From the NCBI GenBank assembly GCA_002269645.1, contig NIVC01003994.1, positions 1 to 64,000 of the forward strand: 64,000 bases of DNA, in the 5' to 3' direction. This document shows, piece after piece, positions 62,586 to 64,000 of this stretch (position 1 is the stretch's first letter; the number at the start of each line of letters is the position of its first letter). This DNA comes from Macrostomum lignano. Taxonomy: Eukaryota. The notes under the pieces were generated by a model. It made no database searches, was not told the origin of the DNA, and saw only the letters and a list, made by a program, of their open reading frames with translations. A program made the translations under genes and the position numbers.

Positions 62586-64000
62586 ATGGCCGCAGCCGCT
62601 GGTAACCAGGTCCCTCAGCCTCCAGAAGCAGTAGTAGTTGAGGAACCAGATGAAGGAGTAGCAGCTCCCGCTCCCAATCAGGGTGGCGCAGCAGCCGCCG
62701 CTGCTCCCCGGACGCAGCCCAGAATCCTCCTCAGGCAGTCCCGCAGCTAGGAGACTTAGTTGCCGCTATAGCCAATGCGTTTAACCAGCTAAACATGGCC
62801 AAGACGCCAGAGGCCGAAAATCTACGTAGAAAAGTTCTCTCCCGGCGAACACTGTTTTGTGCAATGGGTAGAGAGAATGATCTACAAGCTGGACGCGGAG
62901 AGAACTGTAGGAGATCAGGCTAGGAAGCAGGTGCTCATCTCGCACCTCCCAGGTGAATTTCAGAACTTAGCCTTAGGATTGGACGGGCAATTGCCCTTTG
63001 AGCAGTTCGTATCTAGATTAGGAGAGCAGTTGGGCGAGGCCAACACTGATCTGGCTAAGAGAAATAAGCTGAAGAATCTGAGCCAGAAACCCGGCCAATC
63101 ACATAGTGCTTTTGCTGCTATGATAAGATCTCAGATAACGGCCATGTTTCCTCAGATTCAGGGTGAGCAGAGAGAACAAGAAATCGTGTACACCTACTTG
63201 GAACACGCTAAGCTCCCCGCCAGGTCAGACAAGATCTGTTGAGCCGTCGCTGGCAGACAATTGAGCAGGTGTTAGAACAGCAGCAAGCCCTGTTAGAAGC
63301 CGCAGACTTAGCCGGGAAATGGGACAGTAGTGGCCCGCCCAGGTCTGAGTCCCGCACCGAAGTCCGTCTGCAACCTCAGCAGCCACCCAGGCCCCTCGCA
63401 AGTGGGTCAGGATGGTGAACCAGGAAGCTGACGAGACGGAGGAGGACGGTGACGGCCTATCAGAGATGCAAGCAGAGCAAACGCAAAAGATCTGCGCAGC
63501 TGCAGCTCAATGAAACTATGAAGGCGCAGAGTCCCAGCTGCAGCTCCCCTCGCCCGCCACTCCCAAGGAACTGGAGGCAGGGGCAGGGCGGCTCTAATAG
63601 CAGTAGAACTGGCGCCAACCAGCCCCCGCCGCTTGCAATTCAGGAGGCGCCCACGCCGCCGGCGCCGGTGTGCAGCAGCAGCAATTGCAGCTTCGTGCGC
63701 CACTTGATCGCCATAGGCAAGATTTAGAGGATGTGGGGCAGAGATATGTTAGACGAGGCTACCAGGAGAGGCAGGAGAGGCTCGCCCAGCTGCGCGCGCA
63801 AGCTCTGATGCCTCCTCCTCTCCACGCCTGAAGAGCCCCGGGTTCGGGAAACCCGTGGGAGGGCTCGGGAAACCCGTGGGGGGCTGAATGGCCCGGCCCG
63901 AACTCAGCCCGTTCCCTCTCTAGGGCCCAGCTTAACCTGCCACGTCCGCCCAGCAAGAAGTTTAGATTTGAGAAGGTACCGATTTCTATCAGCCAAGACC
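62586..64000 (+). CDS. gag: Retrotransposon Gag (Ala/Pro-rich N-terminus plus capsid-like region), 3'-truncated, with several single-base frameshifts
   Basis: ATG 62586. Frame-corrected ...KIYVEKFSPGEHCFVQWVERMIYKL...KLKNLSQKPGQSHSAFAAMIR resembles the retrotransposon gag Q..GES...F...L motif. Indels at ~62720, ~62810 and ~63217, two of them in C runs. Confidence 0.7.

Larger units (their letters stand above)
57911..64000 (+). mobile_element. 5' part of an LTR retrotransposon (probably Ty3/Gypsy), running off the window end
   Basis: 5' LTR 57911-60107, PBS 60114-60131, long leader, gag from 62586; pol is not in the window. Confidence 0.85.

Overview
Eukaryotic (metazoan) genomic DNA with GT-AG spliced genes. 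No bacterial features, CRISPR arrays, rRNA or tRNA genes were seen. The gene families and the density of intronic minisatellites resemble a free-living flatworm such as Macrostomum; that is inference, not a database result. I assembled 8 gene models by hand with checked splice phases: (1) a ~1510-aa protein with two ankyrin solenoids built from a ~70-aa two-repeat unit, fused to a MAP3K/STE-like kinase (2521-7827 +); (2-3) two tandem ELOVL fatty-acid elongases (12874-18611 +, 21226-23353 +); (4-7) four tandem minus-strand tetraspanins (26635-33531, 35743-39037, 46180-49257, 51939-55377); (8) a secreted WSC+PAN/Apple protein inside the tetraspanin cluster (41689-43742 +). There is also a fucolectin-like exon (576-934). 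Mobile DNA: a TIR element with an internal minisatellite, a complete tRNA-derived SINE with 15-bp TSD, a Penelope GIY-YIG remnant, an LTR+PBS mini-element with 4-bp TSD, and the 5' half of a large LTR retrotransposon (2.2-kb LTR, tRNA-Leu PBS, 2.45-kb leader, gag). About 30 different tandem arrays (units 4-57 bp) cover roughly 40% of the window and account for most long ORFs in the track. The most notable pattern: most tetraspanin introns are a minimal intron inflated by a private minisatellite, and the unit often resembles that intron's own 3' splice site. Array ends are approximate.
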